Virus record (IMG/VR): IMGVR_UViG_3300042471_000650
Coordinates: 14,321 to 78,320 of that record
Direction: 5' to 3' (one strand)
From: a virus
Length of the DNA stretch: 64,000 bases
Below the pieces are notes generated by a model. The model was not told where the DNA came from, did no database searches, and was given only the letters and a program-made list of their open reading frames with translations. Position 1 is the stretch's first letter; the number at the start of each line of letters is the position of its first letter. Of this stretch, positions 1 to 10,334 are shown piece after piece. Position numbers and translations under genes: made by a program.

Positions 1-75
1 ACCTCTCAAAGAGGCATACTGAAACATTTGATTTCCTAATCTGCCCAGTCTACCAAGATGATTAAACGCCAGCAT
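1..75 (-). CDS. GT11 alpha-1,2-fucosyltransferase-like protein, 5' part only (runs off the window)
   Basis: Manual translation MLAFNHLGRLGRLGNQMFQYASLRG contains the GT11 motif GRLGNQMFQYA; paralog of 882..1733. Confidence 0.85.
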   Translation of the reverse strand, partial: MLAFNHLGRLGRLGNQMFQYASLRG

Positions 76-889
76 TCAGTTGTCTCCTTCTTTCTTTAAC
101 ATAATTTTGGTCTTCATAGTATCTTATTATAGCATCTTTATCCAATGTTCGGATTACCTGCCAAAGATTATGATTGTCCATAAACTTTGGATTGTGATAG
201 TGTGAGTTGAAAGTCCGAGAGTGGTCAAAATGATAAACCATATCATTTACTCTTCCTACATTATATCCAAGTGCTTGCAGGCGATAATAATATTCACAGT
301 CTTCAGCACCCCAAGAGATGAAGTTTTCATTCCACATATAAGAGTCAATATAAACTTGACGCTTAATCATTTGACCCCAACCCATTACAGAAGGTTGCAG
401 TTTACAATTTGGTTGCAAAACAGATAGGTTAAATTCAGATGAAATAAAAGCATCAAAAAGAGAAATGGGATAATCAACTGCCCATTGATAAACTCCACAA
501 CCATATGGATAGACTGCATCAAATCCACCTTGAGTAATCATATTATAAGCAGTGGTATAACTTGATACTGGGTAGACAACATCAACATCGTAATTATAAA
601 CTACCTCTGTCTTTGCTGCAAGAAGTAGGTCATTCAAAATACGTGTCTTGTAGAAGAATTTATCTTCAGATTGTTCAAAGATGTGATAGAGATTTGACGG
701 AATATCTCCAACAATTCTTTCAATAACGGGAAGTGCCTTATCTTGAAAAACAGATTGCCTATCATTCTCCTTGACAATAATAGGAGATTGTGGGAAATGG
801 TGCGTGATATAACTGATTGAAGTGATAATGTTTTTCAGTCGGTCTTCACTTTCAATTCGACAAGGCATTAAGAATGTAAGATTATTCAT
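62..889 (-). CDS. Glycosyltransferase (GT-A fold, GT2/GT7 C-terminal-like)
   Basis: DxD motif (YDVDV), NENFISWGAED motif, YHFDH. Confidence 0.8.
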   Translation of the reverse strand: MNNLTFLMPCRIESEDRLKNIITSISYITHHFPQSPIIVKENDRQSVFQDKALPVIERIVGDIPSNLYHIFEQSEDKFFYKTRILNDLLLAAKTEVVYNYDVDVVYPVSSYTTAYNMITQGGFDAVYPYGCGVYQWAVDYPISLFDAFISSEFNLSVLQPNCKLQPSVMGWGQMIKRQVYIDSYMWNENFISWGAEDCEYYYRLQALGYNVGRVNDMVYHFDHSRTFNSHYHNPKFMDNHNLWQVIRTLDKDAIIRYYEDQNYVKERRRQLNAGV

Positions 890-1733
890 AACTTACCTCC
901 ACCCATCTCTCTGGCAGAAGGTCTTCCATATTGTAATGATCATACATCGACCCAAACCAAGGATTAGGTGCAACAATCGGTTGTGTAGGATTCTCAATCA
1001 ACCAGGCACCCCACCAACTCATTGTGCTGTTGGCAATAACACCACCATTACACAGAGACATCATACACAAATCAAAGTAAGGAATCAATGCCTGTTGACG
1101 ACCTTGAAGTGTATCACAAGTTTGTGGATACTTTTCAGTATATTCCGAAAGCATAAACCTGTCATCTTGAAACAATTCTTGCTCTCCACACCACTCAATA
1201 TCATCAGAGAATACAAGCACTGTAGAATTTTCATCAAAGTGAGTCAGTGCCTTCTCATAATACTCAATAGGACAAGCAGGGTGTGCCTCTGGTTTGACCA
1301 GATAATCTCCCCTCCTTACGTGAAGGAAAATAGGATTCTCAATCTCGTCGATGATTTCTTTACAAGGTTCTAGAATATCATCTTTGAATGTGTAATCTTT
1401 ACGAATAACATCTTCTACATTCAGAAAGTATTTTTCGGAGGTAAAGTAATCGTGAAGATTTACATTGTCAGGACACTCATCAAAAAACTTTTGAATGAAA
1501 TGAAACTCTCCAGTAGAGACACTAGGAGAATTTAAGATTCCAAAATTACTCTCTTGGACTGATTCCATTTTGAAACAATCAAAGAGACCATAGTTGGAAT
1601 CTCCATAACTATCTGGACGAGGAATCAACCAATCAAATCCTCGATTTGCAGCAATGCCACGAAGAGCAGCATACTGAAACATCTGATTGCCCAGGCGCCC
1701 ATTAGAACCTAGTCGATTATAACTGATTGTCAT
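882..1733 (-). CDS. Alpha-1,2-fucosyltransferase, GT11
   Basis: GRLGNQMFQYA, HVRRGDY and NSTMSWWGAWL motifs. Confidence 0.9.
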   Translation of the reverse strand: MTISYNRLGSNGRLGNQMFQYAALRGIAANRGFDWLIPRPDSYGDSNYGLFDCFKMESVQESNFGILNSPSVSTGEFHFIQKFFDECPDNVNLHDYFTSEKYFLNVEDVIRKDYTFKDDILEPCKEIIDEIENPIFLHVRRGDYLVKPEAHPACPIEYYEKALTHFDENSTVLVFSDDIEWCGEQELFQDDRFMLSEYTEKYPQTCDTLQGRQQALIPYFDLCMMSLCNGGVIANSTMSWWGAWLIENPTQPIVAPNPWFGSMYDHYNMEDLLPERWVEVSYE

Positions 1734-1734
1734 T

Positions 1735-2352
1735 TCACTTCCTCACATAAAGAGCATCTCCCCAGAGAGTTCCTGCCCAATCAGTTTCAACTCTTTCCAT
1801 ACTGTAGTCAGCAAGAAATACATCCAAATCTTCTACAAAAGCATTTCCTTCATAAAGTTCATCACGATTGATTTCACAATAAACATAATCAACGTGCTTC
1901 ATTGTTTCAGCACCACCCTTCAAAACTTCAAGTTCATATCCTTGAACATCCATATTGATGAAATTAAAGTTTTGGGTTTCATCTGCAAAACTATCCAGAC
2001 GCTTCATTTCAACTTCTTCTGTTCCAGGAAATCCAACACCAGGATGCAATTGAAGATGAACTTTGGGACGCAACACAGAACTGCTAATCAAATCATTGTC
2101 ACTCAAATACATTGTGACATTCTTTTCTTCATTGCCAAGAGCAACCTGATAAGCAGAGATATTGGCATTTACATCCTGCATTCGCTTCTCAAGAATATTA
2201 AAGTTTAAACTCACAGGTTCAAACATAATAATATCTTGGACACCATTATCAACATATTCTTCAATCTCTTGTCCTCGATGAGCACCAATATGGATGATAC
2301 CTTTGATATCCATATTGTATTTTTTCACCATACTGGTAAAACTTAAAATCAT
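1735..2352 (-). CDS. FkbM-family SAM methyltransferase
   Basis: HIGAHRG, FEP and MDVQGYELEVLKG motifs. Confidence 0.9.
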   Translation of the reverse strand: MILSFTSMVKKYNMDIKGIIHIGAHRGQEIEEYVDNGVQDIIMFEPVSLNFNILEKRMQDVNANISAYQVALGNEEKNVTMYLSDNDLISSSVLRPKVHLQLHPGVGFPGTEEVEMKRLDSFADETQNFNFINMDVQGYELEVLKGGAETMKHVDYVYCEINRDELYEGNAFVEDLDVFLADYSMERVETDWAGTLWGDALYVRK

Positions 2353-3170
2353 AATTCTTGTAGATAAGTTTTGTAAATGTAGTCTTCGTTGATGGGATAA
2401 TTTTTAACTCTTTCCAGATTATCCTTGACTGCTTCCAGTTTATCATAATAAAGGTCTGAAGTCAATTGAGAAACATCAAAGTCATCAGTTAAGAAAATAA
2501 TACCATCAGGATTAAAAAACTTTCCAATATCTGGAGACCCATAATAAACTGGAATTGTCCCAGTGGCAAAGCAGTCTTGAATCTTTTCGGTGAAATAAGT
2601 CTCATAACAGGCATTCTCAATTGCAACCGAAAACATATAGTCTGCTAGACCTTCTTCTTTCGATTGAATCTCATTGAAACCACGACCATAGAAATCAACT
2701 TTGCCCTGAAGTTTTTGTGCCCAAGACAAACGATGTTGATGCCCCTCACACATTAACTTGTTGGAGCAAATCATTGAAACTAATTTACTCTTTTCATAGA
2801 GTTGTGGTTCAGTAATCCAACTCCCATACAAAGGAGCAAATTTAAATTTGGGATGCAGTTTAATTAATTCTTGATGATGCGTAAAAATAGCATCATAAAC
2901 TCTCACATAGTGAAGATAATTTCTTTTTACATCTTCCAAAACATCAGGACAGATGTTTGCAGACTCCAATAACCAAGCGTATTTTTTCTTACTTGTATCA
3001 TCGTCAAATGCTAATCCAATGTATCGGTCCACATAGAAGGTTTCCTCTGCTCCAGAATCTACCCACTCTATAAACTTGGACTCTTGTTTATGAATGGAAG
3101 ATGCTTTGTTTCCATTATCATAATTGTTGAATCCGCCGCCGACCAAATTATACGGTTTTTTCGCAGTCAT
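2349..3170 (-). CDS. GT10-like (alpha-1,3/4) fucosyltransferase
   Basis: YMFSVAIEN...YFTEKIQDCF...IPVYYG motif. Confidence 0.8.
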   Translation of the reverse strand: MTAKKPYNLVGGGFNNYDNGNKASSIHKQESKFIEWVDSGAEETFYVDRYIGLAFDDDTSKKKYAWLLESANICPDVLEDVKRNYLHYVRVYDAIFTHHQELIKLHPKFKFAPLYGSWITEPQLYEKSKLVSMICSNKLMCEGHQHRLSWAQKLQGKVDFYGRGFNEIQSKEEGLADYMFSVAIENACYETYFTEKIQDCFATGTIPVYYGSPDIGKFFNPDGIIFLTDDFDVSQLTSDLYYDKLEAVKDNLERVKNYPINEDYIYKTYLQEL

Positions 3171-3194
3171 ATATAATAAAGATTTTATAATAGT

Positions 3195-3878
3195 ATGAAA
3201 AAAGTCATTTCCTTTTCATTATACGGTGATAATCCGAAATATACAATCGGAGCAATCAAAAATTCAGAATTAAAAGAAACTTATTTTCCTGGTTGGGAAA
3301 TGAGAGTCTATCATAATGACTCTGTTCCTAACTATGTATTAGAGCAATTAGAAGCAAATAATGTAGTTTTAATCAATACTGGAGTAGACCAGGGTTTCTG
3401 TAATGCAATGTGGAGATTTGCTCCAGCATCAGAAAAGGTAGAATGCTTTATTTCTAGAGATTGTGATTCCCGTTTATTTGAAAGAGATGCTGTAGCAGTC
3501 AATGAATGGTTAGAATCTGGCAAGTGTTTTCATATCATTCGTGACCATCCTGGCGGACACGCTTGGGAAATCAGTGCTGGTATGTGGGGAGCAAGAGGAT
3601 GTTTTGTGGAAAACATTCAAGATAAAATTAACGAATATATTCAAACAAGTTCTTGGGTGAATGACAGAGCAGTAGATCAAAGATTCCTACAAGAAATAAT
3701 TTATCCAAGAGCTTGTGAAAGTCTTTTTCTCCACGATGAATACTTTAATTATGAAGGTATTGGAACTGCAATTAAAAGAAACCGCCAATTAGATGACTTT
3801 GCTTTTATTGGAGAACCATTTGATGAAAATGATAATCAATTATCAAATCATCGTGATATGATTATTCAAAGATACTGA
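3195..3878 (+). CDS. Conserved glycan-cluster protein (putative GT-A-like), inverted relative to its neighbours
   Basis: 227-aa ORF with KVISFSLYG, SRDCDSR, RDHP and AGMWG motifs typical of phage glycan islands. Confidence 0.7.
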   Translation: MKKVISFSLYGDNPKYTIGAIKNSELKETYFPGWEMRVYHNDSVPNYVLEQLEANNVVLINTGVDQGFCNAMWRFAPASEKVECFISRDCDSRLFERDAVAVNEWLESGKCFHIIRDHPGGHAWEISAGMWGARGCFVENIQDKINEYIQTSSWVNDRAVDQRFLQEIIYPRACESLFLHDEYFNYEGIGTAIKRNRQLDDFAFIGEPFDENDNQLSNHRDMIIQRY

Positions 3879-4573
3879 AGACATTCTGGAAGAATTTTTC
3901 TTTGGTATAAACCCATATTGTGCTGATAGATTGCGTGGTCTTTTGGATGAGACGTTGCAACTTTACTAGCAGGTAGAGAGCAGACTTTGATATGCCTTAA
4001 GTCTTTAACCTTATATCCAAACTGGTAGGCACGATAAGACATATCTCCATCGGCACAGTAATATTCATATTCTGGATTATACATTCCAATCTCTTTAAAG
4101 ATTTTCTTTCGATACAATCCATAATTCATCACAATTTCCCCACCAGAATCTGCAATATTACACAGACACCATCCGTCACTATGGTCTCTACCCTTTAACC
4201 ATTCTGGGTTTTTTGTATCTTCATAAGTCCCATACTTCCAATTGAAAAGATAGAAGTCGTGATTTGATTGAAGTTCTAGAAATACTTCAGACCACTCATT
4301 ACATAAAATTACATCATCATTCCATTGGCAAATAACATCGTATGTTGCTGCTTGAATGCCCAGATTCATAAAGTGTGGATATGAACTACGACCACCAACT
4401 TCAATTAGTTTAATCTGTGGGTGATTAAGTTTTTGAATATAATCAATCGTGCCATCATTGCTTCCACCATCAACAAGCACAAGTTCTAATCTTTCATCAG
4501 ATAAAACCGTATTTGCAATGAGTGCAGGAAGCATACCTACACGATTTAAGGTTCCAGTTACAATACTAATCAT
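3866..4573 (-). CDS. GT2 glycosyltransferase
   Basis: ISIV...VDGGSNDGT...NDD motifs. Confidence 0.88.
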   Translation of the reverse strand: MISIVTGTLNRVGMLPALIANTVLSDERLELVLVDGGSNDGTIDYIQKLNHPQIKLIEVGGRSSYPHFMNLGIQAATYDVICQWNDDVILCNEWSEVFLELQSNHDFYLFNWKYGTYEDTKNPEWLKGRDHSDGWCLCNIADSGGEIVMNYGLYRKKIFKEIGMYNPEYEYYCADGDMSYRAYQFGYKVKDLRHIKVCSLPASKVATSHPKDHAIYQHNMGLYQRKILPECLQYL

Positions 4574-5250
4574 TAGTTTATCTCAATAAAAGGATTAAGA
4601 CCAGAGGAGTTCATTGACTCATCATATTGCCTTACGTAGTTATGCTGATACAGTTTGGGTTTATCTAACTTGTAGGAGCACATTAACTCTTTGAAAGAAG
4701 ACTGCATAAAATGAATCTCTTCTGCATTTTCAATCAGAGTAATATAATCAAAAACATTGAATCTCTTATCATTCATAATCACTTTGTATTCAGTTTCAAT
4801 TCGATTCATATCGATTGAGAATCCACGAGAGGCATCATCGTGTACAAAAATATATCTCTCACCAGTTGGATTCAGAGTATTCAATACTTCTTTCTCCTTT
4901 CCCAAATCCCGTTCAAAGTAAAACTCATCAAACCTAACTGAAAAATCTAATCCGGCAAGTTTATAGAATGCCTTATCGAATGGAAATTCTGGCATTACTC
5001 CAGACAAATCACCAAATCCAATCTTTAAGCAATCCAACTTTTGATTTGAAATATAATAGTCTGCTTGAGCATCGCTTTCCACTCCAAGAACTTGAAACTT
5101 CTCTAGGTCACGATACATATACTGCACATTTTTTACATTATGATTGTATGCAAATAGTGTAATTGCACCATATTCCTTGTAAAAATGTCTAACCATACCA
5201 TTATTAATGATATGGTCACCTAGTCCCAAATGATGATAGATATATTTCAT
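4573..5250 (-). CDS. Hypothetical glycan-cluster protein (possible GT-B fold)
   Basis: N-terminal HLGLGDHI motif; translationally coupled within the operon. Confidence 0.6.
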   Translation of the reverse strand: MKYIYHHLGLGDHIINNGMVRHFYKEYGAITLFAYNHNVKNVQYMYRDLEKFQVLGVESDAQADYYISNQKLDCLKIGFGDLSGVMPEFPFDKAFYKLAGLDFSVRFDEFYFERDLGKEKEVLNTLNPTGERYIFVHDDASRGFSIDMNRIETEYKVIMNDKRFNVFDYITLIENAEEIHFMQSSFKELMCSYKLDKPKLYQHNYVRQYDESMNSSGLNPFIEIN

Positions 5251-6017
5251 TAATTTAAATTAAGAATTGTTTGATGATGATTTGCCCCCATAATCAATGC
5301 TAGGAGACTGACATTCGAAAAACTATACAAAAAGTGACTACAACTTGAAAGAATAAAAACGCTCGATAATACTTCTTCATTGATTATATCTCTATTGGGT
5401 AAATTATGCAATGGAGCATTATCTGAACTAATATGAATTGTATCGTCATATACGACTACATTTCCATATCTTTCTTTGATAGGATTTAGATACTTAATAT
5501 CATCTGTTGCCAAAAAGATATTTTGTATGTCCACCATATCAAAGTATCTGTCAATTTTTTGAATAATATTATCTATACTTGGTTCAGGTATCTCATTTTT
5601 CTTATCTGTGCCTCTAATTTGAATCCCAAGTGTTTTATCAGTAATTCCTAAATCGGCAAACTTCTTTTCAAATAGTTTTCTTTTATCGTCTTTAATCTTA
5701 AGAATACTATCAAACACTTTATTCTTCAATTTTAAATTTTCTACATTAGCAATTGTATGTGCAGTGTAGTCAGAATGATGCAATTGATTCTGAAAAAATC
5801 TATCTAACCACCAAGACCCCGCATCATATTCATCATCACCATCCTCATAGACATTATCAAAGAGTTTAAGAGTTTGTGATTCAAAAACAGAGCAGTTTAA
5901 GTTTTCATAGACACAATAATGCTCCAATGCAATATCAATAATTGCACATACGATGGAGCAGAATCCTTTGTATGAATAATTGAATCTAGGGTCTTGAAGA
6001 GTTATGCAGGCATTCAT
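5250..6017 (-). CDS. NodZ/GT23-like fucosyltransferase
   Basis: LGIQIRGTDK, IFLATDD and SNVS motifs. Confidence 0.75.
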   Translation of the reverse strand: MNACITLQDPRFNYSYKGFCSIVCAIIDIALEHYCVYENLNCSVFESQTLKLFDNVYEDGDDEYDAGSWWLDRFFQNQLHHSDYTAHTIANVENLKLKNKVFDSILKIKDDKRKLFEKKFADLGITDKTLGIQIRGTDKKNEIPEPSIDNIIQKIDRYFDMVDIQNIFLATDDIKYLNPIKERYGNVVVYDDTIHISSDNAPLHNLPNRDIINEEVLSSVFILSSCSHFLYSFSNVSLLALIMGANHHQTILNLN

Positions 6018-6355
6018 AGTCCAGTGTCTCTATCTAAATTATAAGCATATGCAGTTTTAAGACCGCTTGGTTTTTTATCGTTGAATAATATCCTTTCACC
6101 TATAGGCAAATCATAAATGATATGGTCAAATCTAATATTATTTTCTTTAAGAAACTTTTCAGTAATTTCTTTATACTCTAAAGACCTTGCAGTTAGAATA
6201 ACAATTTTATCATCCTTTGAAATCTTTGAGAAAAAATCCTTCACACCAGGAAGCAATTCTTCACCGGCATTCTTATAACCATTATGTTTGACTAATGTCC
6301 CATCCATATCAAACAACCAGGTTTTATTTAAATTAGAGTAATTGCTTCCGTCCAT
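6014..6355 (-). CDS. Small HAD-superfamily phosphatase
   Basis: FDMDGTL motif I, TAR motif II, NDKK. Confidence 0.8.
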   Translation of the reverse strand: MDGSNYSNLNKTWLFDMDGTLVKHNGYKNAGEELLPGVKDFFSKISKDDKIVILTARSLEYKEITEKFLKENNIRFDHIIYDLPIGERILFNDKKPSGLKTAYAYNLDRDTGL

Positions 6356-7851
6356 AACTCACATCCTTTATAAAATGAATACAAAACCGCATCAATATCT
6401 TCCTTTACATAACCAGATAAAGAAAACCAAATACCAGCGTGGAGTAAAATCATTTCAACTTTGGTCATTCTTGACCTCTGAATAATATACTCACCAAACT
6501 GCTCATACCCATTGGATTCAATATCCAATTTGATACCATTGCTCATATCTACACTAAACTTTTTAGAATTAATTTTATCATAGTTTCCCACTGCAGAATA
6601 ATAAAGTTTTGCCCAATCATATCTGGGGTCTCCGTAGATTTTATTTCCCCCAAAAGTTCCTCTGGGGTCAATAAACCAAACTTGATTCTTGTCATCGACC
6701 AGAGTGTTACTAAAAGTGCAGTCACCGTGAATAACCGTATAATGAAGATTCTTGAGAAGATTATTTTCCATAATCTCTTCAAAACTTCTCATATCACAAA
6801 AAGGATTCCTACAAGACTTACGATTGATTTGAATTACTGGTTTAGAGAAGTCTTCTATAATATGCCTAACCTGCATCACTCTCTGATAAGGTTTAAACAT
6901 ATAGGTATCGGCACAATCATAATCATTATTTGGAGCACATTCATTAATTGAATGTAATTCTTGAAGTGCATTACAATAATTTTCAATTATCCAATCCTTA
7001 CCTTGCTTTATATCCCAAGCGTGTTTTCCTTCCACTTTAGACATAATTAAAGGTTCTGTGGAATAAATCTTTGGTATTCTTTGAAAATCATTCTTTACAT
7101 AGGCATACCATTCTTTTTCTGCCTGATGAACTTTATCATACTTTGAGTCAATACATCTTTTATAGACTTTATCATCTTCTATTTTAACTTCATTAAAGAA
7201 TCGATGATTGACTGATTTATTCAATAATTCCTCATACTTATCCACAGTTCCAACCTCAAAGCAATCATGATTTGTAAAGGATGATATCTCATAAGGCATA
7301 TAAGTATCAGATAAAAATCCTCTCACCAATGACTTATCAGTTTTTAAATTTTCAAATCTTTGCTTATTTTTAAAAGCAAAAAATCCAGATACTCCCTTTT
7401 CTTGAGAAGGAATGTTTTTAAAGACTCCATTCTCTAATGACCACCGACAATCAAAATTGCCTGCAAGTCCCACAAGCATTTCATTGTCAAACTCAAACTC
7501 CTGCTCCCGTTCAAAGAACAAATCAGACCAGGTGATAATAAATGGTTCTCCATCAGGAACATTTTGAAGTGCTGATTGAATACCTGCAGCAGTGCCCTCT
7601 TCTTCAGTCTGCATAAGAATATAATTATCAAAATTACTAATCTCACAAATATAATGCAAAAGCATTTTAAAGTGAGTATCGCCAATAATAATGACAGTTT
7701 TGTCTCTGTATGTTTCCAAAGTCTGCTCAATCATTGGTTTACCATAAACTGGCACCAAACACTTTGGGCGATTCATCGTATATTTGCCCAGACGAGTGCC
7801 TTTACCACCCGCCTGGACAATTACATACTTAATATCTTTATGAGTAATCAT
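6328..7851 (-). CDS. Nucleotidyltransferase fused to an APH/choline-kinase-like domain
   Basis: N-terminal QAGGKGTRL...PKCL; C-terminal HGDCTFSN...FIDPRG...YDWAKL. Confidence 0.85.
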   Translation of the reverse strand: MITHKDIKYVIVQAGGKGTRLGKYTMNRPKCLVPVYGKPMIEQTLETYRDKTVIIIGDTHFKMLLHYICEISNFDNYILMQTEEEGTAAGIQSALQNVPDGEPFIITWSDLFFEREQEFEFDNEMLVGLAGNFDCRWSLENGVFKNIPSQEKGVSGFFAFKNKQRFENLKTDKSLVRGFLSDTYMPYEISSFTNHDCFEVGTVDKYEELLNKSVNHRFFNEVKIEDDKVYKRCIDSKYDKVHQAEKEWYAYVKNDFQRIPKIYSTEPLIMSKVEGKHAWDIKQGKDWIIENYCNALQELHSINECAPNNDYDCADTYMFKPYQRVMQVRHIIEDFSKPVIQINRKSCRNPFCDMRSFEEIMENNLLKNLHYTVIHGDCTFSNTLVDDKNQVWFIDPRGTFGGNKIYGDPRYDWAKLYYSAVGNYDKINSKKFSVDMSNGIKLDIESNGYEQFGEYIIQRSRMTKVEMILLHAGIWFSLSGYVKEDIDAVLYSFYKGCELWTEAITLI

Positions 7852-8423
7852 ACAACTGTCTTTCCAATACTACCACCTGGATGATTTTGCACAAACTGTT
7901 TGAGTGTAAGATTTTTTCTTCTTGATATTTCACAAGCAACAGATTGAAGAAAAATTGTAAATATCGCAATTGAAGAAGTTGGCACAATATTCAAGTGGTC
8001 TGCTTCTTTATCGACGTGCAAGTTAATATCAAGAGATGAATATTTTTGAGATTGATTACCATTATTAGAGTGAATGGATACAATCTTACAGTTTTTATGA
8101 CTTACGTGATGTAAAAAATTAACCAGTTCATCAGTGTTTCCACTTTTTGATACTGCGATTAAAAGGTCATTCTCATCAATTACCCCCATATCACCGTGAA
8201 CACTATCAACAGCATCAATAAAAAAACAAGGGACTCCGATTGAAGATATTGTAGATGTTGCTTTAGCAGCAACGTGACCGTTCTTTCCAATACCTGTAAA
8301 GAGTATTTTGCCCTTACAATTCATAATAAGGTCTATCATCTTCTCTACATTTTCATCCTCAAGATGCTCATAAGAAGTCTGAATTGATTCAATATGAGAT
8401 TTATAAAAGTCCCTTACCGACAT
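7848..8423 (-). CDS. SIS-domain sugar-phosphate isomerase (KpsF/KdsD arabinose-5-phosphate isomerase-like, no CBS domain)
   Basis: TGIGKNGHVA, HGDMG, SKSGNT, PTSS and HPGGSIG motifs. Confidence 0.85.
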   Translation of the reverse strand: MSVRDFYKSHIESIQTSYEHLEDENVEKMIDLIMNCKGKILFTGIGKNGHVAAKATSTISSIGVPCFFIDAVDSVHGDMGVIDENDLLIAVSKSGNTDELVNFLHHVSHKNCKIVSIHSNNGNQSQKYSSLDINLHVDKEADHLNIVPTSSIAIFTIFLQSVACEISRRKNLTLKQFVQNHPGGSIGKTVV

Positions 8424-9343
8424 TCTTTATACCAATGATAAGTTGACTCAATACCTTCACGAAGTCCAATCTTTGGTTGCCATCCAAGTGCTTTAATCTT
8501 ATCTACATTCAAAACTTTGCGAGGAGTGCCATTTGGTTTAGTTGTATCCCAATTAATATCACGAGCGTATCCAACAACATCAGCAATCATTTCTGCAAGT
8601 TGTTTGATTGTTACATCTTCACCAGTCCCAACATTGATGTGCTCTGCTTCTTCATATTTTTGCATACAAACATAACACGCTTCTGCAAGGTCATCGACGT
8701 GCAGAAACTCCCTCATTGCCGACCCATCTCCCCACAATTTAACTTCATAATGCTCACTATGCTGAAGAGCACCGTGAAACTTGGCAATCAGTGCTGGAAA
8801 AACGTGGGATGTCTCTAGATTAAAATTATCATTAGGACCATAAAGATTTGTAGGCATCAACGAAATTGCATTGAAACCATACTGTTGACGATATGCCTGG
8901 CACATCATAATTCCAGCAATCTTTGCAATCGCATATGCATCATTCGTTGGTTCCAGAGGACCAGTCATTAGTTGGTCTTCTGTGATTGGTTGCATTGCAA
9001 ACTTGGGATAAATGCAGGATGAACCAAGAAACAGAAGTTTCTTCACACCAAAATTATAAGACTGTTGAATGATATTAGTTTGAATTTGAAGATTCTCTGT
9101 AAGAAAATCTGCCTTATAGTTATTGTTTGCCATAATGCCACCAACTTTGGCAGCAGCAAGAAAAACATATTCAGGTTCTTCTGAAGAAAAATATCTTTCT
9201 ACTTCTTCTTGATTTGTAAAGTCTACATCTTGACGAGTGCCTTTGATGATATTTGTATAACCTTTGCTCTCAAGATTTCTAACGATTGCTGACCCAACCA
9301 TCCCATTGGCGCCAGCAACTAATACTCTAGAATTATTGTCCAT
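8414..9343 (-). CDS. fcl: GDP-L-fucose synthase
   Basis: [38 protein letters not shown]; start taken at MDNNS. Confidence 0.95.
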   Translation of the reverse strand: MDNNSRVLVAGANGMVGSAIVRNLESKGYTNIIKGTRQDVDFTNQEEVERYFSSEEPEYVFLAAAKVGGIMANNNYKADFLTENLQIQTNIIQQSYNFGVKKLLFLGSSCIYPKFAMQPITEDQLMTGPLEPTNDAYAIAKIAGIMMCQAYRQQYGFNAISLMPTNLYGPNDNFNLETSHVFPALIAKFHGALQHSEHYEVKLWGDGSAMREFLHVDDLAEACYVCMQKYEEAEHINVGTGEDVTIKQLAEMIADVVGYARDINWDTTKPNGTPRKVLNVDKIKALGWQPKIGLREGIESTYHWYKECR

Positions 9344-10334
9344 AAATGCACATATCCTCAATCAATTGGTCAAATGTAATTTTAGGTTCCCATCCTAATT
9401 GTGTTTTTGCCTTCGTGGCATCCCCCAATAAGGTTTCTACTTCAGCGGGTCGAAAATATTTAGGATTGACCTTAATAACCTCTTTTCCGGTAAAAACATC
9501 ATATCCAATCTCATCCAAACCCTCACCCCTCCAGGTAATTTGCATTCCAAAGTAAAGTGCTGCTTTTTCAACAAACTCACGCACAGAGTATTGTTCTCCA
9601 GTAGCAATCACATAATCTTCTGGAGTTTCCTGCTGCAGCATCAACCACATTGCTTCAGCGTAATCTTTTGCGTGACCCCAGTCTCTTTTAGCATTTAGAT
9701 TACCAAGATATAAACAATCTTGAAGTCCTACTGAAATTTTTGATAATCCTTGAGTTATTTTTCTAGTAACAAACGTCTCACCCCTGCGAGGAGATTCGTG
9801 ATTAAAAAGAATTCCTGTGCAGGCATACATTCCGTATGCTTCACGATAGTTTTTAGTAATCCAGTAGGCATAGAGTTTTGCTACACCATATGGAGATCTT
9901 GGATAGAATGGAGTGGTTTCTTTTTGGGGAATCTCCTGCACAAGACCATACAATTCACTTGTAGATGCTTGATAGATTCTTACTTTATCTTCCATACCCA
10001 GAAGACGCACTGCTTCTAGAATACGAAGAGTGCCAACACCATCAACATCAGCAGTATATTCAGGCATTTCAAAGGATACCTTCACGTGACTTTGGGCACC
10101 CAGATTGTAAATCTCATTGGGTTGAACCTGCTGAATGACTCTTACCAGATTTGTAGAATCAGTAAGATCCCCATAATACAACTTAATCCTGTTGTAAATA
10201 TGGTCGATTCTTTGAGTGTTAATTTGAGATGCACGACGAATAATGCCGTGAACTTCATATCCCTTTTCTAAAAGTAATTCTGCAAGATAAGAACCATCTT
10301 GTCCTGTAATGCCAGTAATTAATGCTTTTTTCAT
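9333..10334 (-). CDS. gmd: GDP-mannose 4,6-dehydratase
   Basis: [40 protein letters not shown]. Confidence 0.97.
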   Translation of the reverse strand: MKKALITGITGQDGSYLAELLLEKGYEVHGIIRRASQINTQRIDHIYNRIKLYYGDLTDSTNLVRVIQQVQPNEIYNLGAQSHVKVSFEMPEYTADVDGVGTLRILEAVRLLGMEDKVRIYQASTSELYGLVQEIPQKETTPFYPRSPYGVAKLYAYWITKNYREAYGMYACTGILFNHESPRRGETFVTRKITQGLSKISVGLQDCLYLGNLNAKRDWGHAKDYAEAMWLMLQQETPEDYVIATGEQYSVREFVEKAALYFGMQITWRGEGLDEIGYDVFTGKEVIKVNPKYFRPAEVETLLGDATKAKTQLGWEPKITFDQLIEDMCIYGQ

